A stretch of 64,000 bases of DNA from Magallana gigas (lineage: Eukaryota): NCBI RefSeq assembly GCF_963853765.1, contig NC_088858.1:47244001-47308000 (forward strand), given 5' to 3'. Numbering within the stretch: position 1 is the first letter of the stretch; the number at the start of each line of letters is the position of its first letter. Under the pieces are notes generated by a model. It was not told where the DNA came from. It saw nothing but the letters and a program-made list of their open reading frames with translations, and searched no databases. Positions 1 to 13,000 of this stretch are shown piece by piece. Both the position numbers and the translations under genes were made by a program.

Positions 1-350
1 AATTGGTCTATTAGGTCAATAGTTAATTAATTTTCTAATGCATTCTCCTTGAACTAATTTACATATATGTTGAGTCACAATAAATGCCTTTTAAGTGGTA
101 TATCACATTTTTGTTGTCGGGTTTAAGAACTTCCTTATCGAATGCACTAAAAATAAAAAAATATTTTTAACGAAAAATGTAAACTATGATTTAATGCCTT
201 GTCTTGAAACATCTTTTTAAAAAAAACATTTTATCCTGAAAGGACTAAATACTTTTTTTTTTAAATTAGTGTGTCTTTTCTTTCTTTCACAAAAGCCAGA
301 TATATCTAGAAGGAGGAAACATGTTCATACATCGATAATTGTGATAAACT

Positions 351-2844
351 TTATTTTTCACAAATATATCGAAAAGGAGTCGAACAAGGGATGTCTACAA
401 ATTCATAGTTTTTGTTAGGATCTAGCCCTAAACATAGTTCAGGGTTTGTTTTGGTCCCATCTGGTTCTGATGCACCGAATGCAAAGTACGACAATCTTGA
501 ATTGAATCCCCTCCTTGCCCACCTCCAATCTCCACCTTTCAAATCCTGGTTAAAATCTCGGGCTCCAATGGCATAAAATAAGCCTTTAAAAAGAGTACCA
601 ATTTTATTAAACAAGATTAACTATATATTTTTTGTAAGTTAAATATCATATTAAAATTCGTTTGTAATAATAAGTTTGTTCATAAGTGTTATTATTTTAA
701 GTTAGGACGTTCACGAATTCAATGATTACATGAAATTTCACATTACCATTGTTCATTTCCTGAAGCTTGTAATGAACAAAAAGATATTCATCCAGAGTTT
801 CCAAATTTGCCAGGTATCCACCTATTTTAATACAGTCTACCTGTCAATATGGAAAAAAAAGCTTTTTTAAAATAGGGACATCGAGAATAAGCATAGACAT
901 TGAGAAAATATTTTCAAAATGATAGATGCAATGTTACTGAGACATTTAAACTATGTGTTTTTGGTATGAAATTACTTCAAAATAATTACCCTGGATATCT
1001 TGAAACCACTTTGTTTATTTACTTAGAGGGTGGGACCATATTTTAAAACTATTCTCCATACAAAATATAAACAATTTGCTCAAAACATTACACGGAAAAG
1101 TGATTTGAAAAAATATTCAAACAACATTCATTTTTAAAGACAATTACACCCTTTGAATTACTAATTAAATGTTTTTGAATTTTAAGAAAGTGCATTTGTT
1201 CAAGAAGATTGAAGTACTGATTTGATCCCGTTTTGCACAGATTTGAAAATCTGGTATAGAAAAAAGTATGCGAATCTGGCATTGGTCCCAGGTAAAATAA
1301 TTACTTAATTGCTATAATCTGTATCATACAGGATATGCATAGATTGTACATTGTATAGTTCGATATATTTTTAAAGCTACAAGAACACATATAGGGGAAA
1401 TCTAATGCTAATTCCATTTATGCTGTCTTCAGTTTTTCAGTGAATTAGTTAATATCATATGACACAATTTCGATGTTTTCGAATCCACCGACATTTGCTT
1501 GTACCTTGCTACTATTGTAAACCTATTAACCAATGGTTCTTAGAGTCCACAAAAAATATAAGGGAATTCTACTAATCCATAATAATTTAGAAAAACGAGA
1601 TTGGTATTAATATTAAAAGTACGACACATACATGCAGCCTACTAATTCTTTTCTTTCTATTTTTTATTTGGTTTTATATGGTATTTTCATTTAGAACGTT
1701 ACTTTCTTCTCAACTATTTATTTTACGTATGACGAACTTTGAAGACAAAACCATGGTGAAATAAATTCATTTTAAAGGGGTTTCTTCTTGGATATGTGTC
1801 ATTTTCTATGAGTATTTTTTCGTGAAGAATAAAGAATGAGCTAAATGATAATAATGCCATTATAATGTGTCTCTCTTATTTATTAAAACATATGATAAAA
1901 TAAAAAAGTAGATTAATTAATAGATCATGCTAGATATTGAATAACCAATGAAGTATCGCTTTCCCGTAATATTTCCTTTAAATGTTGTTTAGATCGTATA
2001 AATTGTGAGACTTAGTAGAAAAGAGTCTAGTCCAGAAATATATTTCCTAGTAAATAGTTTGAGTGGCTCCTTTTATTTCCTTATCATTGAAACAAAGGTT
2101 ATGGGGTTTTTTGGAAAATAATACATCGTTCTATATATGCAAACAATGTTATATAATAGCCCACTGATGAGGATTCATGATGTTGCAATAATTTTAACCC
2201 ACTTTTGTATAAATATTTCTACAAAATATTTTAGAACATTGATTAACCAGGCTCCACCATCACCTTTCCTCGCCTTAAGCTGGGGTGTTACATTAAATTT
2301 GTTTATGTTATTTGTTATTTGCGGCCAAGACGGGTGCATTTGTTTTTCGTTTTATGTTTTTGTTTTTTGTAATGTTATGTACATGTAAGTATTACAAAAG
2401 GAAATGAACAAATGTCATTTATGACTATGAAAGGCGAAAAATAAAAAAAAAATCCCATGTATACATCATCAAAGGCGTCAGCACAGACTAGAAAAACACT
2501 TGACTACACTGTGATGTCTTTGGCAATATATTATGAAATTCGCAAACCCCTAGAAATAAACGTATGAACGGTTATGGTTTGAGGCTTCGGATTATAGAAC
2601 TCCGAACTTTGTGGCAAACATTGACCCCTTTGATTCAAACCAGTTCATATAGCAAATGACTTATGACTTACTGAAATAGCAGACCATATCACAAACACAG
2701 TCAAAAATATACGTGCAAACTTACATATGCTTTATTCCAGGATGCTTTCTCTGAACTGAAGTAGTAGCATTTTGAGTCAATAGAAACAAAAGGAGGCGTA
2801 CATTTACTTCCTGTTGCAAAAAATAGAATCAAATACTTTCAAGT

Positions 2845-2924
<80 letters not shown>

Positions 2925-3728
2925 TAGCGAAAGCGCTATAGATAAAAGTTGTTTGAGCATTGCACTTATTCTTTATGTTTATTCATCCCCGATACCAAGA
3001 AAAAGGATTTATTTAAGAAATAAACAACGTTATTTAGTGAACATGGCGTTATGAATAGCAATTGCTCTGCTGGCATATTCCATGATGCGCGCTAGCTTTA
3101 ACGACACATACATGTTACATACTTTATGTATTGATGTAAAAGCTAAATGTCAAGGTCTAGGCTAATACAGGGTATTTGCGAGTGGTAAAATGCAAATATA
3201 AGTAATAAACAACGATTATTTAGTGAACACCAGAAGCGCCGATATTTCATCAAATGAATAAATATTAAATGATAACAAAATCAAAGACGATGAAACAGTC
3301 TATATCAAACTATTTAACGAAGGTTTTAGTGACTTTATAAAATGTTTTTCTTTTTCCCTTCGTTCAATTGCATTGTCAGTATAAAGTTTATAAAACGGAA
3401 AAACTGAAAATTGTCCTTGGCCACAAATATCAAGATATATATATATATACATTTATATATATACAAGATATATATATACATTTTTTACTTCCTTTAAGAA
3501 AAACAAGTTTACATACTTAAAACTCTCAATAACGTTTTCCATTTTGGAGAACACAATTAACTTTAATCATAAATAAGCATTCCCTTCATGTGTACTTATA
3601 TTGCACGACATTTCATTTTTAAATGAGAATGAACAAATAATGATAAAAATATTACCTTGACCATCTGTACCAGAAACAAACTGTAACAGAAACAGTAAGA
3701 GTGGCAAAGTAATGCAGCTAGTAATCAT
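351..3728 (-). CDS. Secreted single-CRD C-type lectin (perlucin-like), 161 aa; exons complement(3656-3728, 2725-2810, 747-840, 351-583)
   Basis: Four GT-AG exons join in frame: signal peptide MITSCITLPLLLFLLQFVSG; SKCTPPFVSIDSKCYYFSSEKASWNKAY; VDCIKIGGYLANLETLDEY; YAIGARD..GDWRW..EPD..ELCLGL..FVDIPC..RYICEK*. The CTLD cysteines and the WIGL-like motif (AIGA) are in place. Confidence 0.92.
2845..2924. repeat. (GATA)20 microsatellite in lectin intron 1
   Basis: Perfect tetranucleotide run, about 30 bp from the exon 2 acceptor. Confidence 0.97.
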
Positions 3729-4685
3729 TTTCCTCTTTGTTAAAAAGTGCCGTATTTCTGAACAGATCACAAATTCAACACTATGCTCACAAATGCATGA
3801 CTGCTTGTTTGTGATTTATCAAATCTTGAATCTATAAATTAACCAAATAAATCTCATTTGCATTTGTCACAAACACTTGCAGTATGATACGCAACAGTGG
3901 TTGTGGCTTCATTTCGTTAATTAATTCATTTATATTAATATAGTGCGGTGCTCTAAACCTGTAAGTATGTAGGAGTAAGGCGTATGACATCAGCCACAAA
4001 TTAACATTATGTAAATTTCCATGGAGTTTTTAAAACGGTGTACCTACTCTCTAGGATGAAGCTACCATAAAACTTGTCAAACCGACAAATACCTTCATGA
4101 TAATTTTATTTAAATGGTAATAATCAACAAAACAAGGCTAGTGTGTACCATCAATTACAAACCCCTGTAAGTTTTGTCTTCCTCCTTTGTTGACATTTTG
4201 TTCTCGATCTGTGGATGCTCCTTCCCCTTTTCAAAGCAATATTCATGACTTAAGACAGCTAGAGCAGAACATGTTGATGTGACGACAACACTTTTCAAAT
4301 TTACTTTATTTTTTTCATCAGATTCATCAGCAATGGAGCTAAGCATCTTCAAGCCTATTGTATTTCTCATGCGTTTTCTTTAACAAGCATCGTTTAATAG
4401 GAATAAATAAACAAATCTGTTCTCTGGTCAAAGCATTTTTTTTCAGCAACTTACAACGCGTTCCCATGGGTAATGTTGTTTTTATTCTTTAGCCACCATG
4501 TAGAAAGGATATTCTACGCTATAAACTTCTTTTTTGATTCGGAATTGGATTTTATGTTCGTTTATGCAACATCTCTAAAAGAACTGTGTAAAACTAATAT
4601 ATACCGATCACATGAACATCAGAGTAACATCTTCTGCAAAGTCAGATACTAGTAGATATAAATATAAGTAGTTCGAATCAGTGCT

Positions 4686-4689
<4 letters not shown>

Positions 4690-4746
<57 letters not shown>
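4690..4746. repeat. (TA)n microsatellite
   Basis: Perfect dinucleotide run between the lectin and gene A. Confidence 0.97.
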
Positions 4747-4749
<3 letters not shown>

Positions 4750-6169
4750 CTAAACTACATACACATTGTAATTTCACTTACCACTTTCAGATTGTATTTT
4801 TCCTTTAACGAGTTGTATCCCTTTGTTTGATAAAATGAATCTTTTCACCTGTTGTTGTCCTTACTTTATTTATTCCTATTTAATTGTGACAATCTCCTTA
4901 ATCTTCAGTGTAATCTTCATATATAATTACGCTTCGACAATCACATTTTTGATGACTTCTCGTTTAGTGATTTTCATGCTGCATGTTGCAATTGTATGAG
5001 GGTTTTATACATATGTAACAATATTTATGATTAAGCATGTTCTAGTTCCGATATAAACTTTCCAGCAGCAAATATATGTAAATAATCTTAGCTAACAGTG
5101 GTGTGTCATCAGATGAGACATATTTAAATAAGTAATGTAATCCACCAAACTCAATAGGGTAGTTACTGGATACATTTTTAAAATAAAATGTTTTGTGCAG
5201 CTTTTCATTCCAGAACTGGGTACGGTGTCTTATTCATGGACTAGCTTAGGATATGATGATGAACCCTTCAACTTTTTCCAATTACAATTACATCGATGGC
5301 TCTGTGTGTGATTGTTTGATAAAACGAACGGACCTTCTCATATTTGAGAAACATTAAAAACGTTTTACTCTCTCTCTCTCTACAACTTCTTATGAAATGA
5401 TTTACTAAGATAACTCAGCATTTTTTAAAATAAACAAATACATACATTTAAAGTAATGATCAGCAATTACAAAGAAAACATTAATGCGTGCTGTTCGCTT
5501 AAAATATATTTTAAAACGTTAAAATAATTTTTTTTACATTTAAATTAAGTGTTATCACATATCTGTACTTGTATTTGAATTTACTCATACATACTTTTAA
5601 ATCATTTCTTTTATTTGCTTTTGTCTCCTTCAAGCACACTCTCAAAACAATACATTTGTATTTTGGCAATACTGTTATTGCAGTTTACTGATATATGATA
5701 ACCATGCCTATTGACTTTTTATATTTCTGCAAGACAATTTGACAGCACTTTAGTCACATAAGTATAAATTAAACAGACAAGACAAATTCTAGTAAAGAGC
5801 TTTAAAAAAAACACACACCCGCATTTAATGATGTTAATGTCAATGTTCTGTATTCGCTGTCTAGCCCATGTGTTCTGGATCTGAAATTGTCATAAAATTT
5901 GGTTTCTTCATGCAATGGTTTCATTATTCAACAATGCATTACTAATAGTATATGCCCTAGTTTAGATGGGGGAATATAAAAGTGGAAAGAAAATTGAACA
6001 TTTAAACTTTACATTTAAGAAATTTATACTGGTATTCTAACATACCTAAAAGGATATGTGACTGTAAAGGATGTTGAATCAAATCAATCGGTCTCTGTGA
6101 ATTAATTAGATATCGTTTTCTGTTTGGTGCTTGCACTTTATGAACGAAATAAAAATTCATAGTTGAACA

Positions 6170-6945
6170 AATTTGACAGACACACCTGAGTGAGTAAATA
6201 GACTTTTAAAGATGAAAATGCACTGTACTTTTACCGTGATTTCCCTTGAAATGAAAAAAAATATATGAAGAAAATCAATACACGTCAGATGGAACTAGGA
6301 TCGATATAGTTCGTAACTATTTTGTTCACGGTTTGATGAGTAAAACACACTAAAGAGAAACCCGTGTGGTGATGATTCCGAATTGACGTAAAGCTAAGTT
6401 TTCGTTGTTCAGTCTTTGATTAACTAACTGTCGAAAGATCAAGTTTAAACCCGAGAAAATTAAGTGATTTATAATGCTTTACTATCATTGAAATGTGTGG
6501 GTGGCAGAACCAGGTATCTCCATAAACTGAAGAGCGACACATGGAAGTGAATCCAAAGCATGCACTCGACGATGTGTAAACATTCAGGTACGTACAATGT
6601 TTTCTCACGATGCTTTATCCAAGTGTAGTTGATGATATCGTCCCCTCTAAACTAGAGTTTCAAATATTGATTTGAAATAACGAGTACATGATGAATAAAT
6701 GAATTTTTATCTGTTGTTGATTACATACCCCTGGTATCTCATTTTATTCAATCGGTCAAGACTTTACAGAATCAGACAGTTCAATTTAATGCTGGCCATG
6801 AAGACTGATATCAGTGTGAAGAGATCGACGTAAATGGGGAGGGGGGTGTGATACCAAGAAGAAACTACAGGTAAAGGTAAATTTTTATTGCATGCCACGA
6901 TGGAAAATTTAAATGCCTAAGGTAATTATGTGAAATATCTTGGCA
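6170..6945 (+). promoter_or_regulatory. Upstream and 5'UTR region of gene A, conserved with 23040-23780 upstream of gene B; non-coding exon donor at 6870
   Basis: Collinear similarity between the two copies; conserved CTACAG|GTAA donor (6870 and 23728); short uORF with GCCATG context in both. Confidence 0.6.
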
Positions 6946-7009
6946 AATGTTTTATTTTTTAACTCTAAACTTTATTCCAAATCATTATAATCTTTGCAGT
7001 TGGATTGCC

Positions 7010-10000
7010 ATGGAAACTCTAATTTTGAATTGCGACCTCTTTAATGTAAACGATGAAACAACTAATGAATTTCGGAGAGAAAGGACAAGATACAAAGAAC
7101 AGTTATCTTCCCTGGATTATGTTGGGATTCTGAGCATCGTCAAGGCATTTCAGAACAAAGTATGTGTCAGGGGATTCCCCGGAGCTCGATCTCCTGGTTC
7201 TGAATATGCTGACTTAATACTGACTACTATCCTACAGACAATAAGGTATTGAGTCTCATTGTAGTTTCATTTTTACCATATCTTACATACATCTACATGC
7301 CGTTCTTGTTTCAACTGTGTTGAAATTAAACATGCTTAACGTTACATTTAATCTGTTGCAGATGGAAAGTTGATGAAAATATTTTTCCATCCAACAAGGT
7401 AGAAGAGAGACTGTTGGATTTATATGTAGAGTTGTTAAAATCAGGACCAGGTAGTGGCCATTGTGAGTTACTCCCACTCATTACGAAACATGTTGAGTTC
7501 CAGGTAAATCTTTAGTTTACCGAAGACAGTAATTGTAAGATACAAAGAATAAATAGGTGGAATTTGTTTAATTAATTTTTATCTCATCAGAACAAATACT
7601 CGAAATATTACTTACTTATACACAGTGTATCACTCTAATGTCATTCAATTTATAATCTATGTTTTTGATATTTTCATGGACTTTCATATTTTTATTGATC
7701 GTTGACAGGATTTGTATGGAGACAGTTTACAGAACGTGATTGGTGGATTTAAAGCAATCTCCTATGTAGAAGGGGGGAATGATTCTATATACATTGACAC
7801 GGTTAAAAGGGTGTATCCGGATCAACTCTCTACCTTGGTTATCAGGTACTTTAACAATCTTTTGATATGTCCAATTTATTAATTTCAATAATTTCTTAAC
7901 GAGGTTACACCTGGTACGCTGATGACCCTTTAGGGAGCCATCAATTTAACGTATAACACAATACAGAAATCCATTTAAAATTTAGGAAAATGGTAAGTAT
8001 TTTCCTTTATTTAAGATTAACAGTTTATAAACACCATCATTTAAAAACAATTAAAACTCATTATTTCGTTAACGTGGTTTAACGTGCTACGCTCATGACC
8101 TTTTTAAAGAGCACCCAATTTAAAAAATCCTATCGATTTCATTAAAATTCGTGAAAATATAATATAAGTCTATTCAATGAATAAATAATCAATAGGATGG
8201 AGAACATTAAGTCCACAAAATACGTTGCAAAATGGATAAACCATCCTAACCTTATGTTTTATTTGATATGTTCATATTCAAAATAAGTAGAACTTTTAAT
8301 TGACATTTTTTAATCTAAAAGATAGAAATAGTAAGTTAGAAACACATTTCTAGTCGATTTCCACCAACCTTTATGATTTATCGCATTTGTGGCACTAATC
8401 GTGGACCAATCTCGTTTCTCTTAATTTTAAAATGTCTTCAGCAATAGGCTATCAGAATAGACAATTTCTACAATGAGGTAAATGCTCCTAGACAGGTAGC
8501 TTCCTTATAGTAATCAGGTACAGTATCCACTTGTCAGTTTGTAGTATCCAAGTAAGTAATATACGTTTAAATATGCTATCACTGTCAAAAAAAATGTATC
8601 CATATTACGTAGTTGTTGCTTCCATAGTGGACTGGTATAGTGCCACTGTCTGCAAAGTGAACCCAAATCATATAGCTGCTACTGTCATCAGACACAGTTT
8701 TGAAAAAAGAATATAAGCTAACTGGGATTGCTTAGCAAGAAACATCGATGGCATTAATAAGTACTCTGTCTCACTCGAAACAGATTGGTTAGCCACCATA
8801 TTTATGCTATGTTACAAAGTCTCTAACTTCCAATTTTAGCAGATTTAACTTTCCGCATTTACAAAGTACGTACATTAGCAAATTATAAATAAAATCACAA
8901 AAAACGAAAACCATTGTACTAAAAGTCGTGCATAAACTTAAAAAATATTGTAAAATGAATAGAACATTGTATTATATACTGCATAATAATTGTGACTAAA
9001 CAATGATGTTATAGGAGTGATAAGGAGGATAGATTGAGGTCACCTGAGGTTCATTGTGCCTTAATGGACCTGTTCGTGTTTTACCTGGTCCAGTTACCTC
9101 ATGTGCCGGATACTTTACAGACAGTCTTGATCAGGGCCCAAGACAAAATTTACCAGGCTTATCATATGCAGCCATTCTTTGTGAGTTCTCGCGCGATACA
9201 CCTCCAAATGTTAATTGTTTAATCGTGATGAGAGGTACATTCGATATCATAAATAATTATTGCAAAACAATCAATTTATTATTTAGTATCTTTGTTAGCA
9301 TGGTTTAATTCTGTATAGAAGAGCATTATACCTACGATTTCTTCCTTGTCTCCTAAGAATTTACTCAACTAAATATTCCTACTAAAGATCATTCATCTTC
9401 ACATTCACACGTTTAATGAAGTAATTAGCTGTATGGGTTGATTTAAAATGACTGTACCCATCCATGGAATTCAAACATTCGATATTTTATAATCTTGATA
9501 TTTTTTTATTATCATCTTTTGACCAGGGAATACAAGATGCTGGATTCTATCGCTCGCAGCTTTTACGAGTTGTTGATTTTATCAAGGATCCCAAATTCCC
9601 TCAAAATAGACAAATTTGTGAGACCACATATCGAAAGCTTCCAAATATTCTGCAAATAAAGTATGAACATATGTATACTTTTCTCAGTTTAGTAGTCAAC
9701 AAAGATTTCAAACAGTAATTTATATACAGAGATTGCAGCATTTCGTTTTTCAACGTTCCACGTTTTATTTGGCTGTAGGGATGGAAAGATGATTGCTGAA
9801 GTCTATGCAGATATTTGCCAGCTTCTGAAGGAGATAAGTTTGAAGCGTCTGACAGGAGAGAATACAGATCTACTGAAGAAACTCGACTGTTTTTATAAGG
9901 AAATCCCAATAGAGTGTTTTAAGGTTTGATGAGATAAGTGTACATTAGCTTGTTGATATGCTAGAGTTGAATGATTATAATTATTTTTTAATACATTAAA

Positions 10001-13000
10001 CAATTGTAATGTTTGTGACGTCACAATTTGATGCATTTATGATTTTATCAATCAATAATCTAATTCTGGTTGTAACGCACTTTCTGATTGGCTAAAAAAT
10101 TATTTTATATCGTATAAAGAATGTTGCCTACGTCATAGTAAGACTAACGTCAAAAACGTATCAATAAGCCTGACGTTACGTTTGAATTTTGTACAATTTT
10201 ACATCATTTTAAAGGTCAAATGACAGTTTTTCTCTACAATGAAGAGTAAAAAAATTAAATTATAAGCAATAAATTCAATATTTACTAGTTTTATACGATA
10301 TAAAATGGTTTGCGGTTTATAAAGCGTAAATTGCCCCAAACCATTTTATATCGTATAAAACAAATAAATATTGAATTCATTCCTTAAAACAATAATTTTA
10401 ACAGAATCCTCATATTTTTGAAACGTGGGCTGCTACATCTCAAGAGATACTGGAGAAATCTCCACATGAAAAGATAACAGGGAACGAGCTGGCATATACC
10501 ACCGATAGATTCACCGATAATCTAAAACCAAAGTAAGATAACAGATAACACATACAATACACAAAGAACTTTCGTATATACATTATAATTATTTGATGTA
10601 ATTTTTTGCAATGCTCTACAAATTAACTTATGTAGGTTTGGAAAATTGACACAAGGTTGTCTGGAAGTTATGTGATATTAATAGCAATAAGAATAGACCT
10701 CATTTCTTTTAGTGCCAATTTAGGAAAGATTTGGCTGTCCGTCATCGGAGGATTTTGTGGTTGGGTTCATGAAAAACTCATGAGAGCTGCAGAAAGAACT
10801 CTTAGCACAAATCAGTGGAAAAGTTGCTGGAAATGGAAAGTAAAGGGAATTGACAACCTTAAAGGGACTTAGACATGATTTGAGCCCAACGTTTTCAGTT
10901 TTGTTTTGTTTTTTGTTATGTCTAAAATGGTCAATATCGATGGTTATTTTAAAGATTTGTGAAAATTTGAATTCAAATTTCGAGTTGCAAGCGAGTTACA
11001 GAGGTAAGAATTCTTTGTTATGTAAACAAAGCTCGAGTCTTGTTATGTTTTACGTATGTGTTGTATTGGTTTTAGTTTTTTTGTTGCTGATTACATTATT
11101 TATGATCACATAAAATTAGTGTATCTTCTTTGTACAAGTTATTTTGTCAAAGAAAAAGTAATTTCTTTTCTTTTGATTATTTGTAAACAATAATAAGACG
11201 AGCTTTGTTTACAAAACAAAAGCCTTTTACCTCTTTATCTCGCTTGTAACTTGAATTTTAACATTCAAATATTAGTAAATCTTTCAAAATACACAACTAA
11301 ACCATTTTATACATATAAATAAGACATAAAATTTTCATTTCAAAGGGTTCCCCAACCTTGCAAATGAATTCAAAACTATTAAATCTGAATTCTAAAATGC
11401 TCAATTCAGTTTGAACGTTTTAAAAAAAAATAAATTGAACTTAGCAAATTCGTTTCTACAGCAATGATTATTCTATGTTAAAAGTAAGAAAATAAAAATC
11501 AGTTTTAAATATTTTTCCTTCATTTCAACGTATGGTACACAAATTTTTAATCAAATTTTAACTTTATTTTTAGGAAAATATCTCTATAGCAAAAGCAATG
11601 ATTAAAGCCCTTACGAATGCAGATTATTCCTCTGTTGAAAATGCAGAAGATTACTCCTCCAATGCGGAGTCGTTCCTGGAAAAACTCTTGGATCAGTTAA
11701 TGTAATGGCGTGTTGTCTCTTAAAGGGGCATAGTCACGATTTTTGTCAAAATTATTTTTCCGATTTTACAATGCTTCAGTAAGGCATTTTTAATAGGCAA
11801 CAAATATTTGAGATTAATTCGTTGAGTTATAAGCGAGTTACAGAGCTTACAATTTGCAATGTAAACAAAGCTTTTGTTTACATTTGAAATGTTAAAGTTA
11901 AATTGTTATTTTTTTACCCAAATTGAATGCGTTAAACGTTAGGAACTCTTTATTTATGCTTAAAATGAATAAGAACAGAGACAAATCAGGCCGAAAAAGA
12001 TTTTTTCTGGTATATTGGACTGATGTAAACAAAAACAGGGTACGAGCCTTGTTTACATGACGAAAAATTACGAGCCCTTTTTCTCGCCGATAACTCTCCT
12101 ACTGACTCTCAAATTTCATTTTATCATTAGATATGCATTCCTAAAACATTGCAAATATCAGTCACAGAAAAATAGTATTTGAACAAAATCGTGACCATGC
12201 CCCTTTAATTCTAATATGATTTTTCTAAGTGAACTATCTAGCTGGGTTTACAATATCAACGTATTATTATGACAGTTGTTTTTATCATTTGCAAGGGAAG
12301 GGGTGGATTTGGGTTAAAAACGGAAGATAAATTTTTCAGACTTGTGAAAGTGTTCAAGGATGTCGAGGTAGAAGTAGCAGAGCTAGCCATGGTTACCATG
12401 GAAGCATTTGGAAAGGGGGTAGCCGTGGATAGACTATGCAGAACAGCTAGTGAAAAGATGTCATTAATGGTATGTTTTAGATATAATGATGCATAAAACA
12501 AGCACACTTCAAGCGGTGGTGGGTATACTTTAGATTTTTTATATTACGCGATTACTAAATTCCGCATATCAACGGTTTTGCATCAAATTGCAAGAATATA
12601 AAATCGCGAACGCCTGATTTTAATCATAATTCCAAAAGTGTACATTTGTCCGAAAAATAGAAGCGAACTTTTAACATCCGTGAGATGTGCTTTTCGCGAT
12701 TTTACGCGGATATGAATTCCTCGCATTTAATTAGGAATTTACGGTACGTCAAATGAACTGGACAATTGATAACGACGTGTTAAACATATACTCTACTATC
12801 TCTTTGGTAAACCAAAAATTACAAGAATTAAAAGAAAAGTGTACATTATAATCATACACATATCTTTATGTGTATGTTATTTACATTATATAAATAGTGC
12901 CCGTTTTGGAGGATTACAGTTAAAATTGACACCATAGTCAATCGACGCGAAGCGGAAGTTGACAATGGTTTTTTCGATGGGTGTCAATTTCAAATGTTTT

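Noticed and set aside
4155-4370. 71-aa minus-strand ORF with a weak homologous patch at about 22085-22150
   Set aside because: No recognisable domain or splice context; probably decayed repeat or shared duplicated flank
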